Shown: positions 1 to 11,420, counted from the first letter of the stretch. The stretch is 64,000 bases of DNA from an uncultured delta proteobacterium (GCA_963785725.1 CAWAWS010000014.1:352001-416000), one strand, 5' to 3'. Translations and numbers: made by a program. The notes: generated by a model not told the origin, from the letters alone.

Positions 1-2609
1 AGCCGCTGCTTGGCGTGCCAATAGAGGGCGATTTCGAAGGGCTCGCCGCGCTTGACCGGCGTCGCCGGCAGGTCGGCGCCGTCGAGCACGAGCGCGCCGC
101 CGATGACGTCGCCGAGCGCGACTTTGGGGGCGAACGGCGTCGTCGCGACGTTGCCGGTGACGCGGCGCGCGAAGTCGGGCGGCAGCGCGATGAGGTCCAT
201 CCACGCCGCCAATTGCGCCGACAGCGCCGCCTCCGCCGGCTCGCCCGTGCCCGCCAAGTCGTGCTCTTCCAGCGCGTCGTCCGCGCGGCGATAGAGCTCG
301 CTCGTGCCGTCGGGGATCAAGTTGCGGATGAAGTGCCAGTCGCTGGTGGCGATGGCGCGTTTTTGCGTGCCGTTGTAGCGCGACGACGGCCCTTCGTAGG
401 TCACTTCCTGGAAGATCGCGCCCTTCTTGTCGTCGGGCGTGGCGCCGGTGATGAGGCCGAGGCGGCTCTGCCCGAGCAGCGTCGGCTCTTTGTCGGCCGC
501 GACGCCGATGGCGTTGAGCAGCGTCGGCGCGATGTCGACGTGGCCGGCGGGCGTGGCCACGATCTTCGGCGCCGTGCCCGGGATGTGCACGATGAGCGGC
601 ACGCGCGTCTCGTTCGCATACAGGTGATAGCCGTGGCGTTTGTCGGGCGGAATGCCGTGCTCGCCGAAGCCGTCGCCGTGATCGGAGGTGACGATGACGA
701 TCGTCTTGTCCCACAAACCAGCGGCTTTCAGCGCGTCCAAAACTCGACCGATATGGAAGTCGGTAAAACGAATTTCGCCGTCATATAAATCGACCTCGTC
801 ATTACCGAAGTTCGATTCCGGCATATCGGGATGACGCTCGAAATCGAAGTGCGTATCGTAGAAATGGGTCCACAAGAAGAACTTCTGGTTGCGGTTTTTG
901 CCGATCCAATCGACGACTTCGTCGGCCAGCTGGCGCGACGAGGTGCCCGACGTGCGCGCCGGATTGACGCCGGCGCCCGAATGCAGCGTCTGCAGATGGT
1001 AGTCGTATTCGTCGAAACCTTGATTCAAACCCCAACCGGATTCGAAATAATAATAAGAGAGAAACGCGGCGGTATGAAAGCCGTTGTCCTTCATGATCTC
1101 GGCGAGCATGCGGTTTTCCGGCAGCACGCGCGGCGGCCAATGCTCGAGGCTGGTGGCGATCGTCGACGGATAACGGCCGCTCAGAATCGCCGGAATCGAA
1201 TAGCGCGTCGACGGCGCGTGCGCCCAGGCGTCGGCAAAGCGCGTCGACTCGCGCGCCAGGGCGTCGAGCCGCGGCGTCGTCGCGCGCGCATAGCCGTAGG
1301 CGCCGACGTGATCGGCGCGCAACGCGTCGATGGTGATGAGCACGACGTTGGTGTCGGCCGGCAGGTTGGGCGGCGTGACCCACGGCGTCGTCGCCGCCGT
1401 CGCCAGCGTGGCCGAGTGGCCGTTGCAGTCTTGGTCGATGCCGTCGTCGGGCCAGTCGAGCGCGCCCGGGTGCACGTCGCGGTCGAAGTCGTCGCAGTCG
1501 CCGCCGCCGAGGATGGACGAGTAGCCGTCGCCGTCGAAGTCGGCGGCACGCTGCAGGACGCCGATGATGGGGCCGCTCGCGCCGGTGAACGAGCTGGCCG
1601 CCTTGCGCACGCGGTCGGAGCGGCCGAGGCCGAGCGCGATCGTCAAGAGCACGAGCGGGACGGCGACGGCGATGAGGCCGCGCAGCCAGATGGGACGGCG
1701 GCGCAACCCGTCGCCGGCGTCGGTCGAGAGCGCGGCCACGACGACGAAGAAGGCCAGCGCCAGCGCCGTAAACGGCCGCAAATCGAGCTGGCGCACCAGC
1801 GGCCACTCGACGGCGGTGACGAGGAGGAGCGGCAGCGTCGTCGCCAGCGCCAGCGACACGAGCGCGCCGCGCGGCGTGGCCAGCGCTCGCTCGCGCAGCG
1901 GCAGCTGGCGCGCGATGAAGTGCGCGCCCAAGAGGCACACGAGCATGATGAGCGGCGCCCACACGCCGAGCGTCTGCGCCTTGACCGGCAGCGGCATGCG
2001 CCGCTGACCTTCGAGCCAATAGAGCAGCGCCGCGACCCCGGCCGCGCCGGCGTAGAGACCGAGGAACCAGGCGCCCGCTTCCAGGCCCGCGGGCACGCGA
2101 AAACGCAGCTTGGCGCGCGGTCCGACGCGGATGATCAGCGACAAGACCGCCGCCAGCACCAGCGTCAACAACAGGCCGGCGAAGAAGATGCCCGTCGCCG
2201 CCGCCGCCACCAGCGCCGCGATCAAGACGCGATGGTGATAGACGTGCAGCGTGTCGAGCGTGATGGGCGCGACCAACAGGCCGACGGCGACGAGCATCGC
2301 CGCCGCGGCCACGACGTAGGCGACGATGCGGGCGCCGGCCGACTCCTCGCCGGCGAAGGCGGCGCGCCAGATCTTGCCGCCGTCCGAGCCCCAGACGATC
2401 GCGCCCAGCGCCAGGCCGACGAGCGCCAAGCCAACGCTGCCGGCGGCGCCGTAGAGCGTCGCGAGAAAGAGGGCGAGCTTCCATTTTCCGGCCGGCAAAA
2501 AGGCGCCGGCTCGCGTGAGCGTTTGGGCGAAGTCGGAGAGGCCGGCGGTGACGCCGCCGATGGCTCCCAGCAGCGCGCCGCGCGCGGCCAGCGCACGTGG
2601 GGGTCGCAT
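1..2609 (-). CDS. Multi-TM sulfatase-like hydrolase/transferase (alkaline phosphatase superfamily); 3' end runs off the window
   Basis: Not in the ORF track because there is no stop in the window. Manual translation from ATG 2609: MRPPRALAARGALLG, TM helices, a DxDGDG...DCDD...HPGA...DGIDQDC repeat, NVVLITIDALRADH, HAPSTRYS, WTHFYDTH, YDGEIRFTD, TSDHGDGFGEHG. Confidence 0.85.
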   Translation of the reverse strand, partial: MRPPRALAARGALLGAIGGVTAGLSDFAQTLTRAGAFLPAGKWKLALFLATLYGAAGSVGLALVGLALGAIVWGSDGGKIWRAAFAGEESAGARIVAYVVAAAAMLVAVGLLVAPITLDTLHVYHHRVLIAALVAAAATGIFFAGLLLTLVLAAVLSLIIRVGPRAKLRFRVPAGLEAGAWFLGLYAGAAGVAALLYWLEGQRRMPLPVKAQTLGVWAPLIMLVCLLGAHFIARQLPLRERALATPRGALVSLALATTLPLLLVTAVEWPLVRQLDLRPFTALALAFFVVVAALSTDAGDGLRRRPIWLRGLIAVAVPLVLLTIALGLGRSDRVRKAASSFTGASGPIIGVLQRAADFDGDGYSSILGGGDCDDFDRDVHPGALDWPDDGIDQDCNGHSATLATAATTPWVTPPNLPADTNVVLITIDALRADHVGAYGYARATTPRLDALARESTRFADAWAHAPSTRYSIPAILSGRYPSTIATSLEHWPPRVLPENRMLAEIMKDNGFHTAAFLSYYYFESGWGLNQGFDEYDYHLQTLHSGAGVNPARTSGTSSRQLADEVVDWIGKNRNQKFFLWTHFYDTHFDFERHPDMPESNFGNDEVDLYDGEIRFTDFHIGRVLDALKAAGLWDKTIVIVTSDHGDGFGEHGIPPDKRHGYHLYANETRVPLIVHIPGTAPKIVATPAGHVDIAPTLLNAIGVAADKEPTLLGQSRLGLITGATPDDKKGAIFQEVTYEGPSSRYNGTQKRAIATSDWHFIRNLIPDGTSELYRRADDALEEHDLAGTGEPAEAALSAQLAAWMDLIALPPDFARRVTGNVATTPFAPKVALGDVIGGALVLDGADLPATPVKRGEPFEIALYWHAKQR

Positions 2610-2649
2610 CCGTGCGGACTATAGCAGCGTGTGATAGGTTCTGCGCGCC

Positions 2650-4254
2650 ATGAATCTCCGACGGGGCACGCTCCTGGCGCTGCTGGTCGCTGCGGCCGGC
2701 GCCCTCGTGGCGCATTCGCTCGTCTTCGACTTCGTCACCGACGACGCGTACATTTCCTTCGTTTACGCGCGCAACCTCGCCCAGCACGGCCAGCTCGTCT
2801 TCAACCTCGGCGAAAAAGCGGTGGAGGGGTATACGAATTTCCTATGGACGCTGCTGTTGGCGGCGCTCTTGAAGGTCGGGCTCGTCCCGGAAGTGACCTC
2901 GCGCGTGCTCGGCACCGCCTTCGCCGTCGCCAGCTTGGGCGTGACCGCCTGGCTGTCGCGTCGCCTGCGCACCGGCAACGCCGGCGACCCGAGCGCGCGG
3001 GAGTGGTCGGCCTGGGACGCGCTGCCGGCGCTCATCTTGGCCGCCATCCCCGGCTACGCCTGCTGGGCCTCGGGCGGCCTAGAGACGCAGCTGTTCACCT
3101 TCTTCGTCCTGCTCGGCTCGGCCGGGCAGCTCGCCGAGCTCCTCGACGACGCCGCGCCGCGCAAACGCACCGCCGTCGCCTTCGGCTTGGCGGCGCTGAC
3201 GCGTCCCGAAGGCATCCTCTTTTTCGCGCTGGCGTGGCTCTATCGCCTGCTTTACCGGCGCCAGATCCTGCCGACGCGCGCCGACGTCATCGCCATCGCC
3301 TGCTTCTTGGCGCTCGTCGTCCCGCACTTCCTGTGGCGTCATTGGTACTACGGCTGGTGGCTGCCCAACACCTTCTACATCAAGTCATCCGGCATCGGCG
3401 GCCACTGGCAACAGGGCGGCTACTACTTGTGGCGCGTCGTCGAGTCCTACCACTTGTGGATCGTCCCCATCGTCGCCATCGCCGGATTCTTCACGCGCGA
3501 GGAGCGCGGCGCGCGGCTCCTCCTCGGCTACGCCACGCTCGTCGTCGCGCTCTTTGCGGTCTACGTCGCGTCCGTCGCCGGCGACTTCATGGGCCTCTTC
3601 CGCTTCATCATGCCCGCGCTGCCGCTGGTCGCGCTCGTCGCCGCCGACGGCCTCCGCCTGACGCTGTCGACGCTTCGCCCGCCGCTCGCCGCCGCCGTCG
3701 TCGCCGCGTTGCTCGCCGGCCACGTCTGGCACGCCGTCGTCGTCGATCGCGTCGCGCTCTCGAACCCGCAAGCGCCGTCCGACCGCGGCATCGACTCGCC
3801 CGCGTTCCTACGCTGGTACACCAACGATCGCGCCGCCATCGGCCGCTGGTTCGGCCGCTACGCGCGCCCCGACGACTACGCCGCCGTCGGTGGCGCCGGC
3901 GCCCAAGTCTACTTCAGCGGCATGCGCTCGCTCGACTGCTACGGCCTCTCCGACGAGCACATCGCCCACGACGTCGCGGCGAACAACTCGCGCCCCGGCC
4001 ACCAGAAATACGCGCCGGTCGACTACATCCTCTCGCGCCATCCAACCATCATCACGTCCAACAACTATCGCATCGGCGATCGCCCCTACGTCGGCGCCGA
4101 CTCCGCCTTCTGGATGCGCAACGGCTACCACTACGTTACCGTCGACGTCCCCGGCCTGAGCTCGCCGAAGTACAGCTTCCTACTCCGCAACGACCGCAGC
4201 CTAGGTCCGCTCCCCGCACTGACGCCGCAAAAACCAGAGGACCGCGAGCCATGA
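2650..4254 (+). CDS. Polytopic GT-C-type glycosyltransferase (arabinofuranosyl/mannosyltransferase-like)
   Basis: 534-aa [52 protein letters not shown] motifs; many TM segments. Confidence 0.8.
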   Translation: MNLRRGTLLALLVAAAGALVAHSLVFDFVTDDAYISFVYARNLAQHGQLVFNLGEKAVEGYTNFLWTLLLAALLKVGLVPEVTSRVLGTAFAVASLGVTAWLSRRLRTGNAGDPSAREWSAWDALPALILAAIPGYACWASGGLETQLFTFFVLLGSAGQLAELLDDAAPRKRTAVAFGLAALTRPEGILFFALAWLYRLLYRRQILPTRADVIAIACFLALVVPHFLWRHWYYGWWLPNTFYIKSSGIGGHWQQGGYYLWRVVESYHLWIVPIVAIAGFFTREERGARLLLGYATLVVALFAVYVASVAGDFMGLFRFIMPALPLVALVAADGLRLTLSTLRPPLAAAVVAALLAGHVWHAVVVDRVALSNPQAPSDRGIDSPAFLRWYTNDRAAIGRWFGRYARPDDYAAVGGAGAQVYFSGMRSLDCYGLSDEHIAHDVAANNSRPGHQKYAPVDYILSRHPTIITSNNYRIGDRPYVGADSAFWMRNGYHYVTVDVPGLSSPKYSFLLRNDRSLGPLPALTPQKPEDREP

Positions 4255-4697
4255 CCTCATCCACCGTCCAACTCCGCCTGCGCGGCCTCACCCGCCGCCA
4301 CCTGCTGACGTCCCTCATCGCCGCCGCGCCGCTGCTCTACATCGCCTACCTGACGATCGCCAAACACTCGCCGCTCGTACAAAAAGTCCCCTCGATCGAC
4401 CTCATCTGCCTAGCCGCCGCGGCGCTCCCCTGGCTCTCACTCCTCGCCGCCCGCGCCACCTACCGCGCCAAATGCGACGACATCGCGCTCCACGTCCGCA
4501 ACGAAGCGCTCCCCTACAAAACCATCCGCGAGCTGCGCCTCCAAAAAACGCCGCGCCGCATCACCCTCCACCTCATCCGCTCCGAAGACATCCAACTCCA
4601 ACTAGTCCTAGCCGACGCCTTCGCCGGCCGCCTAGAACCCCTCGCCACCCTCCGCTCCCGCCTAGCCGCCCACAACCTAACCTTCCCCGAGATCTAA
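4251..4697 (+). CDS. Hypothetical 2-TM protein
   Basis: ATG 4251 overlaps the upstream stop (ATGA); two hydrophobic segments; it is the 3' part of track ORF 2631..4697. Confidence 0.65.
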   Translation: MTSSTVQLRLRGLTRRHLLTSLIAAAPLLYIAYLTIAKHSPLVQKVPSIDLICLAAAALPWLSLLAARATYRAKCDDIALHVRNEALPYKTIRELRLQKTPRRITLHLIRSEDIQLQLVLADAFAGRLEPLATLRSRLAAHNLTFPEI

Positions 4698-4718
4698 CTT
4701 CCAAACCCGTCTGCCGGC

Positions 4719-4780
4719 CCCAACCCAGGGGCGTGCCTTCACCCACCGCACCCAACCCAGGGGCGTGCCTTCACCCACCG
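4719..4780. repeat. Direct repeat, 2 x 30 bp (cccaacccaggggcgtgccttcacccaccg)
   Basis: Identical copies at 4719-4748 and 4751-4780 between convergent genes. Confidence 0.9.
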
Positions 4781-4843
4781 TCTGCCGGCACCCCTCCCAA
4801 ACCGAGCGACGCCAGCCGCTCCGCTCCGGAAACCCAAAGCGCA

Positions 4844-4918
4844 GACATCATGTGCGCGCGCGAGTTGTCTCCCGCAGCCCGTAGGGCGAGGACTGTCTGA
4901 GCGCGCGCACATGATGTC
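4844..4918. repeat. Perfect 18-bp inverted repeat, REP/MITE-like hairpin
   Basis: gacatcatgtgcgcgcgc (4844-4861) and gcgcgcgcacatgatgtc (4901-4918) flank a 39-nt loop containing cccgtagggcg. Confidence 0.8.
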
Positions 4919-4984
4919 GGAGCTACTTCCGGTGAATTGCCGTAGCGAAGCGTTCTACTACCGCGACTCCTACTGCTGCTGCTG

Positions 4985-7900
4985 CTACTTCACCGCCGCA
5001 GCCTTCCCCGGCTCAATCGGCGTCTCCGGCCGCGCATGCTGCTGCGCGACCCTCGGCTCCCGCTTCTCGACGACGATCGTATGCTGCGACTGCACCTGCG
5101 TATTCTCCCGCGCCACGACGGTGACGATATTGGCCCCCGTCCACAACGGAATATCCGCGTCGAAGCTCTGCGTCGCCGGATTCGCCGCTTTCCGATTCGA
5201 CCGATAGAAGACCTTCCGTCGATCAATCTTCGCCGTCCGATTCGACACGAACACGAACATGTCGGCCACGCGATGCTCGTCCGTCGCCGTGCCGCTGATG
5301 TGAATCGTCGGCGCATCGACCAACCCCGACTGCGGCTTGACCTCGAGCCGCGGCGGCGAAACCTCCCAACCCGGCACCCACGCCAGCTTGGTCGGCGCCG
5401 CGCCCGCGCCTTGCGCCGCCTGCGTCTTGGCGATGAAGCCGGGCCGCCCGTCGAGCTCGACGCGCAAGAAGTCGCCGGCCAGGCCCGTCAGTCGGAACGT
5501 CGCGCCCTTGTTGGCGCTGCCGATGATCGGCGCGTCCTTGTCGGCGCCGCCGCGAATCTGCGCCGTCGGCGCGCTGACCGTCGCCGTGCCCGTCGTCACC
5601 TGCGGATCCTTGCCGGTCGGCGCGATCGGGAACATCAGCTTGTCGGTCACGAAGTCATGCAGCACCGAGTCGTAAACCGTCAGCTCCACTTTCGCCGCGT
5701 CGCCTTTGTATTCGGGCTTCACGTCGAACGTGAAATCGACCGTCTTCGACTCGCCCGGCGCCAAATTGTCGACGTTGAAGCGGCCCTTGTTGATGAACAC
5801 GCCTTCGTCCGACAGATTGCGCAGCTGCGCCAGCGTCTCGTTCGCCTTGCCCGTGCCCGAGTTCTTGACCGTCACGTGCAAGCGCACCGACTCGCCGCGC
5901 TGCACGAGCCCGTCGCCGTTGCCCTTCAAGTCGTCGATGAGCTGATAGGCGTAGGAGAACGCCGGCCGCTCGGGACCCGCCACTTTGACGATGAGCTCGT
6001 TGGTGTCGAGCGTCGGTCTTGGCGCCGTGCTCCTCAGTGACGTCGAGCTTGAGCGGATCGACGCGCGTGATGGCGTCCTTCGGCAGCTTGACCGGCACCA
6101 CGAACGTGCGCGTCTCGCCCGGCTTGATGCGGCCGAACACGAACTCGCGCCCGTCGAAGAACGGATCGTCCGCCTTCAACGTCGCGCGCACCTGACCGGC
6201 GATGCCCGGCCCTTTGTTGGTGATCTTGGCCGTGAACTTGATGGTGTCGCCCGAGCCCACTTCCGGCTTGTCGGTGGCGATCGAGCCGACGAGCGTCGGC
6301 GCCGGACCGCTGCCCGCCGACGACCAATCGACGCCCAGCTTCTTGAGCGCGTCGGTGATGCGGCCCTGCTCCTCGCTGAGCTTCTTGTCGAAGAAGGGCT
6401 TGGACGACGCCAACACTTCACGCCGCTTCCAGCCTTTGGCCTGCGCCAACAGATCGCGCGCGAAGTCGATCTCGTAGTCCTCGACGAGCGCATCGGGATC
6501 GACCGGCGAATCCTCGTCCTCGTCGTCGGCGCCGAGGCTGTCGCCGCGTCGTCGTCGCCGTCGTCGTCGGCGGGCTTGCGCGGATCGTCGCGCAGCGGCG
6601 TCTTCGGCATCTTCTTCGGCGGCTCGAGCGCCAGGTACTTGAACGTCTCGAACGGCTTGTCGCCGTTCTTGCGCGTTCTTCGAGCTGCAGGTGCGCGTCG
6701 AGATCGGCCTCGCGCATGCCCTTGTAGTCGCGGAACAGCGAGACGCCCTTGTCCTTGTCGACGACGACCTGGTCGAGCACGACGTCGGGCGTGATGCCGA
6801 CCGACTGGATCGAGACGTCGCCGGGCGTGAGGTACTGCGCGATGGTCAGCTTGAGCGCGCGTGCCGTCGTCGTTGTCGTAGAGCACCTGCACCGAGCCCT
6901 TGCCGAAGGTGCGCGTGCCGACGATGACCGCGCGATCGAGGTTCTTGAGCGCGCCGGCGACGATCTCCGAGGCCGACGCCGAGCCGCCGTTGACCAGCAC
7001 CGCCATCGGGATGTGCGGCTGCGTGCCGGCGGTGGCGCGCTTCTCGTCGCGCTGCTTGTTGGCGTAGCCGACGGTGGTGACGATGGTGCCCGAGTCGACG
7101 AACTCGTCGGCGACCTTGATGGCCTGGTCGAGCAGGCCGCCCGGGTTGCCGCGCAGGTCGAGGACCAGCGCCTTCAATCCCTTGGACTTCAGGTCGTCCA
7201 TGGCTTTGCGCAGCTCGTCGTCGCTGTTGCCGGCGAAGTTACCGTGCAGCTTGATGTAGCCGACGCCGTTCTTGAGCATCTTGTGGTCGACCGTGTGCGT
7301 CGACATGATGGCGCGCGTCAGCGTGATCTTGCGCGCCGCCGAGTTCGGCTCGTTGGCGTGGCGCACCCAGATGTCGACCTTGGTGTCGGGCTCGCCGCGC
7401 AACCGCGACACGGCGTCGTTGATGCAGCATGTTGATCGTCGGCTCGCGATCGATGCGGATGATGCGATCGCCCGCGCGCATGCCGGCGTTGTAAGCGGGC
7501 GTGCCCGGATCGGCTTGATGACCGTGAGCTCGTTCTTGCGCACGCCGATGACGATGCCGAGACCGCCGAAAGCGCCGCGCGTCTGCAGCTTCATCTCGGC
7601 GTAGATCGACGGATCGAGCAGCATCGAGTGCGGATCGAGCGTCGACAGCATGCCGTTCGTCGCCGCGTACTCGATGTTGCGCACCGTCTCCGAGTCCATG
7701 CCCGGCGGCAGGTTCTGCGCGACGAAGCGGAAGATCTCCTTCATCTTCATCGACAGCGCCCACGGCGAATCGACCTCGCCGATGGTGAACTCCTGCTGCG
7801 CCGTGTCGACGCTGATCTTGACCTTGTTCTGCTCGGGGTGCGGCTCGACGAGCACTTCGGCCACCGACTTTTGCACCTGATCGAGCGCCGACAGCAGCAT

Positions 7901-8176
7901 CTGCTTGGGATCGACGCGCGTCGGATCGACGTAGGAGTCGTTCACGCGCATCAACGAGTTGTTGAAGATGCGCAGCGCCGCCAAGTCGTACGGCCGCTTG
8001 TCCTGGTTCGACGCCGCGCGCAGCGTCTCGCCGGCGCCGAGGTCGACGCGGCCGTGCGGCCCCGATCGGCGCACGGTCAGGCACAGCGCCAAGATCACGC
8101 TGACGAAGACGAGGAGCGGCTTGAAGTAGCGACGCATGAACGGCTGCGGGCCGGGCGGGTGGTCAAATAGGTCCAT
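4985..8176 (-). CDS. S41 carboxyl-terminal processing protease with PDZ and long C-terminal beta domains (MXAN_5808-like); split by about 7 apparent indels
   Basis: LDPHS, FGGLGI (PDZ), LVLDLRGNPGGLL, SASASEIVAGAL, TFGKGSVQ, LKLTIAQYLTP. Pieces are spread over ORFs 6176..8233, 7239..8084, 6418..6780, 5655..6449 and 4985..5983. Start at 8176 or 8137. Confidence 0.85.
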
Positions 8177-8358
8177 CAGAATGGTCTCCCAGCATCGAGT
8201 ATACGCATGACTCGGGTGAGCGGCCGGCGGCAATCGACAGGTCGCGAACGCGAGCGAAAAAGCCGAAGCGATGGTTCAAGTTCTAAACAGTGTGACCGCG
8301 ATTGCGATTCCTATTGTGGTGAAGCTCGGACGTTCGGCGCACCGGCTTCGATCCCGCG

Positions 8359-9081
8359 TCAGCGCGAGACCAACAGCGCGGCGGCGACGACGGCCACCAA
8401 CATCGCGTCGTAGAGCAGCGCGCCCGCCGCCAACGCCGCCAGCGCGCGCAGCTCGCCGTGACGTGGCTGCTTGGGCGGTGCCGGGTCGCGATAGGGGTTG
8501 GCGCTCGGCTCGGTCAGCGGCAGCGGCTGCTTGACCTCGAGCTGCGCCAGGACGAGCCAGATGGTCGCGTCGACGAGCGCCATCGCCATCGTTCCGAGCG
8601 CGCACATTTGTGCCAGCGGCGCCTCGGCCGGCTGCGCCCACGGATCGGCCAGCGCCGGCACCATCAGCGACGCCAGCGTGCTCGCCGACAGCGCCAACAG
8701 CCACACGCGCCGTCGCTGCGCCTTGCCCAGCATCGAGGTCGCCGGCAGTCGATAGGCGCGCCGCGCGCCGTCGGTGATGAGGAGCATCGCCGGCAGCGCC
8801 AGGATGCCGAAGCCGATGCCGGCCGCGGCGCCGACGACGCTCGCGTCCAAGCCGGCGACGCCGAGCCCGACGGCTGCGCCGGCCGCGGCACCGACGGCCG
8901 GCGCCATCAGCGCCACTTGCCAGTCGCGCACCCGATCGAGCGCCGACGAGATCAGTGCGCCGAAGATGCCGAGCACCAGCGCCATCATCACGCCCGAGGA
9001 CGTGGCCGACGGAAGCTGCGCGCCGACAGCGGCGCCGATGAGCGCGAAAGGCCAGCCGAGCTGCATCGTATTTCTGCGCAT
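8359..9081 (-). CDS. Hypothetical Ala/Gly-rich multi-TM protein
   Basis: 240-aa ORF with several hydrophobic helices and an NPYR motif. Confidence 0.6.
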   Translation of the reverse strand: MRRNTMQLGWPFALIGAAVGAQLPSATSSGVMMALVLGIFGALISSALDRVRDWQVALMAPAVGAAAGAAVGLGVAGLDASVVGAAAGIGFGILALPAMLLITDGARRAYRLPATSMLGKAQRRRVWLLALSASTLASLMVPALADPWAQPAEAPLAQMCALGTMAMALVDATIWLVLAQLEVKQPLPLTEPSANPYRDPAPPKQPRHGELRALAALAAGALLYDAMLVAVVAAALLVSR

Positions 9082-9221
9082 GATGATCAGATGCGCGCCT
9101 CGACTCGATTGTAAAGCCTTCCGCGCGCCATCGCCAGCACGTTCGCATCAGATACGACGATGGCTCTACATCGAGCCGCCGATCATCGGGAAATCGCCGT
9201 GCGAAACGAACGCGTCGGCGG

Positions 9222-10739
9222 TCAGTCGCGCTCGATCGTGAACTTGAACTTGCGATCGAGCGCCTCTTCGGCCAAGTCGCGCTTGCGCCGCGCGCCCCAC
9301 ACTTCGAGCTCGGCGTCGGTGTTGGTCGACAGCGTGACCTCGACCGACTTGTCGCCGATCCGGCAACGCACGCTGCGCACGAGCTGCGCGTAGCTGCGGT
9401 CGAGCCCGTCGGCCAGGCGCAAGAGCGCGCCCAACACGCGCACCTTCTTCTGCGCCGGCGCCGACAGCGCCGCGAACTGCGCGTGCGTGTCTTTCGGCGT
9501 CGCCTTGCGGTGATAGCGGACGAGCTGCGCCAACAGCTGAATCTCGTCGGTGGTGAAGCCTTGCAGATCGGCGTTCTCGATCAAATACGCGCCATGTTTG
9601 TGATGCTTCGAGGCCGCGATGTGAAAGCCGATGTCGTGCAAGAGCGCCGCGAATTCGAGCAGCTCACCGTCGGAGTTCGGCAGATCGTGCAGCGGCCGCA
9701 AGCCACGGAAGAGATCGAGCGCCAGCCGCGCCACATGCTGCGCGTGCGCCTCTTGCGCGTTGCAGCGACGAGCCAGCCGCACCACCGAGCGCCGCCGCAA
9801 GTCCGGATATTCGTCGATGAGCTGGATGCCCGGGCCGTTGCGCGCGGCGTAATCGGCGACGAGCCCTTCGCGCAGCGCCGCTTCGCACAAGACGTAGGCG
9901 TCGGCGTGCACGACCTCGAGCAGCGAGCGCACCAAGATCACGCCCGGCACGATCGAGTCGACGCGCTTGGGATCGAGGCCGGGCAGCTTGAGCCGCTCGG
10001 CCGTCGTCATCGCGCACAGCCGCTGCTCGACGGCATAGACGTCGTTGAACGCGACCGTGCGCGGCTTGTCGGCGCTGGTCGTCGGAATCAGCTCGGCCAC
10101 CGCGCGCGCCGTGCCCGACGTCATGGCCACGAGATCGAACCCGATCTTGCGAATCGCCGCCGTCGGCGCCTCCAGCTGACGGTGCAGCTGCTCCGCGAGC
10201 CGCACGCGCTGATCGGGCGTAATCGGATCGGACGGCGCGTACTGATCGAGCAGCCGCAAGACGCCCAGCTTGAGCGAGGTCGCGTAGTGCGCCTCGCGCG
10301 CGTCACCGACGATGAGCTCGACCGAGCCGCCGCCGATGTCGATGATGAGCGCCTTCTTGCCCGCCAGATTCAGCGCCGCGCGCGCGCCCAAGTAAATGAG
10401 GCGCGCCTCCTGCTCGCCGCGAATGACGGTCAGCTCGATGCCGGTCTCGTCGCGCACGACGCGCACGAAGTCGCCGCCGTTCTCGGCCTCGCGCACCGCC
10501 GACGTGGCGACGGCGATGACGGCGTCGACGCCGGCGCGCTCGGCCTGCGCGCGAAAACGCCGGATGCACTCGGTGGCGCGCGCAAACGCGTCGGGCGCGA
10601 TGACGCCCTTGAACGCGCTGTCGCCGAGGCGCACCATCTCCTTGGCGCGATCGAGCGGCTCCACCTGACCGTCGGCGCCGACGCGCGCGATCAAGAGGTG
10701 AATGGAATTGGTACCGACGTCGAGAGCGGCGATCTTCAC
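9222..10739 (-). CDS. ppx: Exopolyphosphatase Ppx/GppA with C-terminal HD domain
   Basis: AALDVGTNSIHL, ATSAVREAENG, DIGGGSVEL, ALREG, ALLHDIG, LRLADGLDRS. Confidence 0.95.
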   Translation of the reverse strand: MKIAALDVGTNSIHLLIARVGADGQVEPLDRAKEMVRLGDSAFKGVIAPDAFARATECIRRFRAQAERAGVDAVIAVATSAVREAENGGDFVRVVRDETGIELTVIRGEQEARLIYLGARAALNLAGKKALIIDIGGGSVELIVGDAREAHYATSLKLGVLRLLDQYAPSDPITPDQRVRLAEQLHRQLEAPTAAIRKIGFDLVAMTSGTARAVAELIPTTSADKPRTVAFNDVYAVEQRLCAMTTAERLKLPGLDPKRVDSIVPGVILVRSLLEVVHADAYVLCEAALREGLVADYAARNGPGIQLIDEYPDLRRRSVVRLARRCNAQEAHAQHVARLALDLFRGLRPLHDLPNSDGELLEFAALLHDIGFHIAASKHHKHGAYLIENADLQGFTTDEIQLLAQLVRYHRKATPKDTHAQFAALSAPAQKKVRVLGALLRLADGLDRSYAQLVRSVRCRIGDKSVEVTLSTNTDAELEVWGARRKRDLAEEALDRKFKFTIERD

Positions 10740-10760
10740 GGGTCGCCATATACTATCACC

Positions 10761-11420
10761 GTGAAAGCTTGGTGGCAGCGGGCGAGAAGCCCATTCGATC
10801 CCGATCAGGCCGACGAGAACGGCTTGGTCGCGCTAGGCGGCACCCTCGACCCCGATTTGGTGCTCCTGGCGTACCGCGAAGGCGTGTTCCCTTGGTCGTC
10901 CGATCCCGTGATCTCGTGGTGGTCGCCCGATCCGCGCGCGCTCTTCGATCTACAGACGTGGAAGGCGCATCGCTCGATCGGCCAAGCCGTGCGGCGTGGC
11001 AATTGGCACTTCAGCGTCGACAAAGCGTTCGAAAAGGTGATGCGCGCCTGCGCCGCGCCCGCGCCCGGCCGCGAATCGACCTGGATCGGCGAGGACTTCA
11101 TCAAATCCTACGTCGAGCTGCACGCGCGCGGCTTCGCCCACTCCGTCGAGGTCTGGGAAGGCGAGGAGCTCATCGGCGGCCTGTACGGCGTGACCTTGGG
11201 CGGCTTTTTCGGCGGCGAATCGATGTTCAACCGCCGCACCGACGCCTCCAAGGCCGCCGTCATGCACCTGATCGAGCGGCTGCGCGCCAACGGCTACGTC
11301 CTGTGTGACGCGCAGGTGCCGACGCCGCATCTGGAACGCCTAGGCGCCGTAGAGCTTCCGCGCGACGAATACCTGCAGCGGCTCAAGGCCGCGATCCAAG
11401 TGGACGCGACGTTCAAGTAG
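10761..11420 (+). CDS. aat: Leucyl/phenylalanyl-tRNA--protein transferase
   Basis: GLVALGGTL, AYREGVFPW, WWSPDPR, AHSVEVW, GGLYGV, FFGESMF-like, DASKAA. GTG 10761 with TATACT 6 nt upstream. Confidence 0.95.
   Translation: MKAWWQRARSPFDPDQADENGLVALGGTLDPDLVLLAYREGVFPWSSDPVISWWSPDPRALFDLQTWKAHRSIGQAVRRGNWHFSVDKAFEKVMRACAAPAPGRESTWIGEDFIKSYVELHARGFAHSVEVWEGEELIGGLYGVTLGGFFGGESMFNRRTDASKAAVMHLIERLRANGYVLCDAQVPTPHLERLGAVELPRDEYLQRLKAAIQVDATFK

Noticed and set aside
4985..8176. Pseudogenisation or programmed frameshifting of the S41 protease (also rluD, rph, MinD fusion)
   Set aside because: No slippery sequences or in-frame stops were seen, catalytic motifs are intact, and the indels follow an artefact-like wobble-position pattern.
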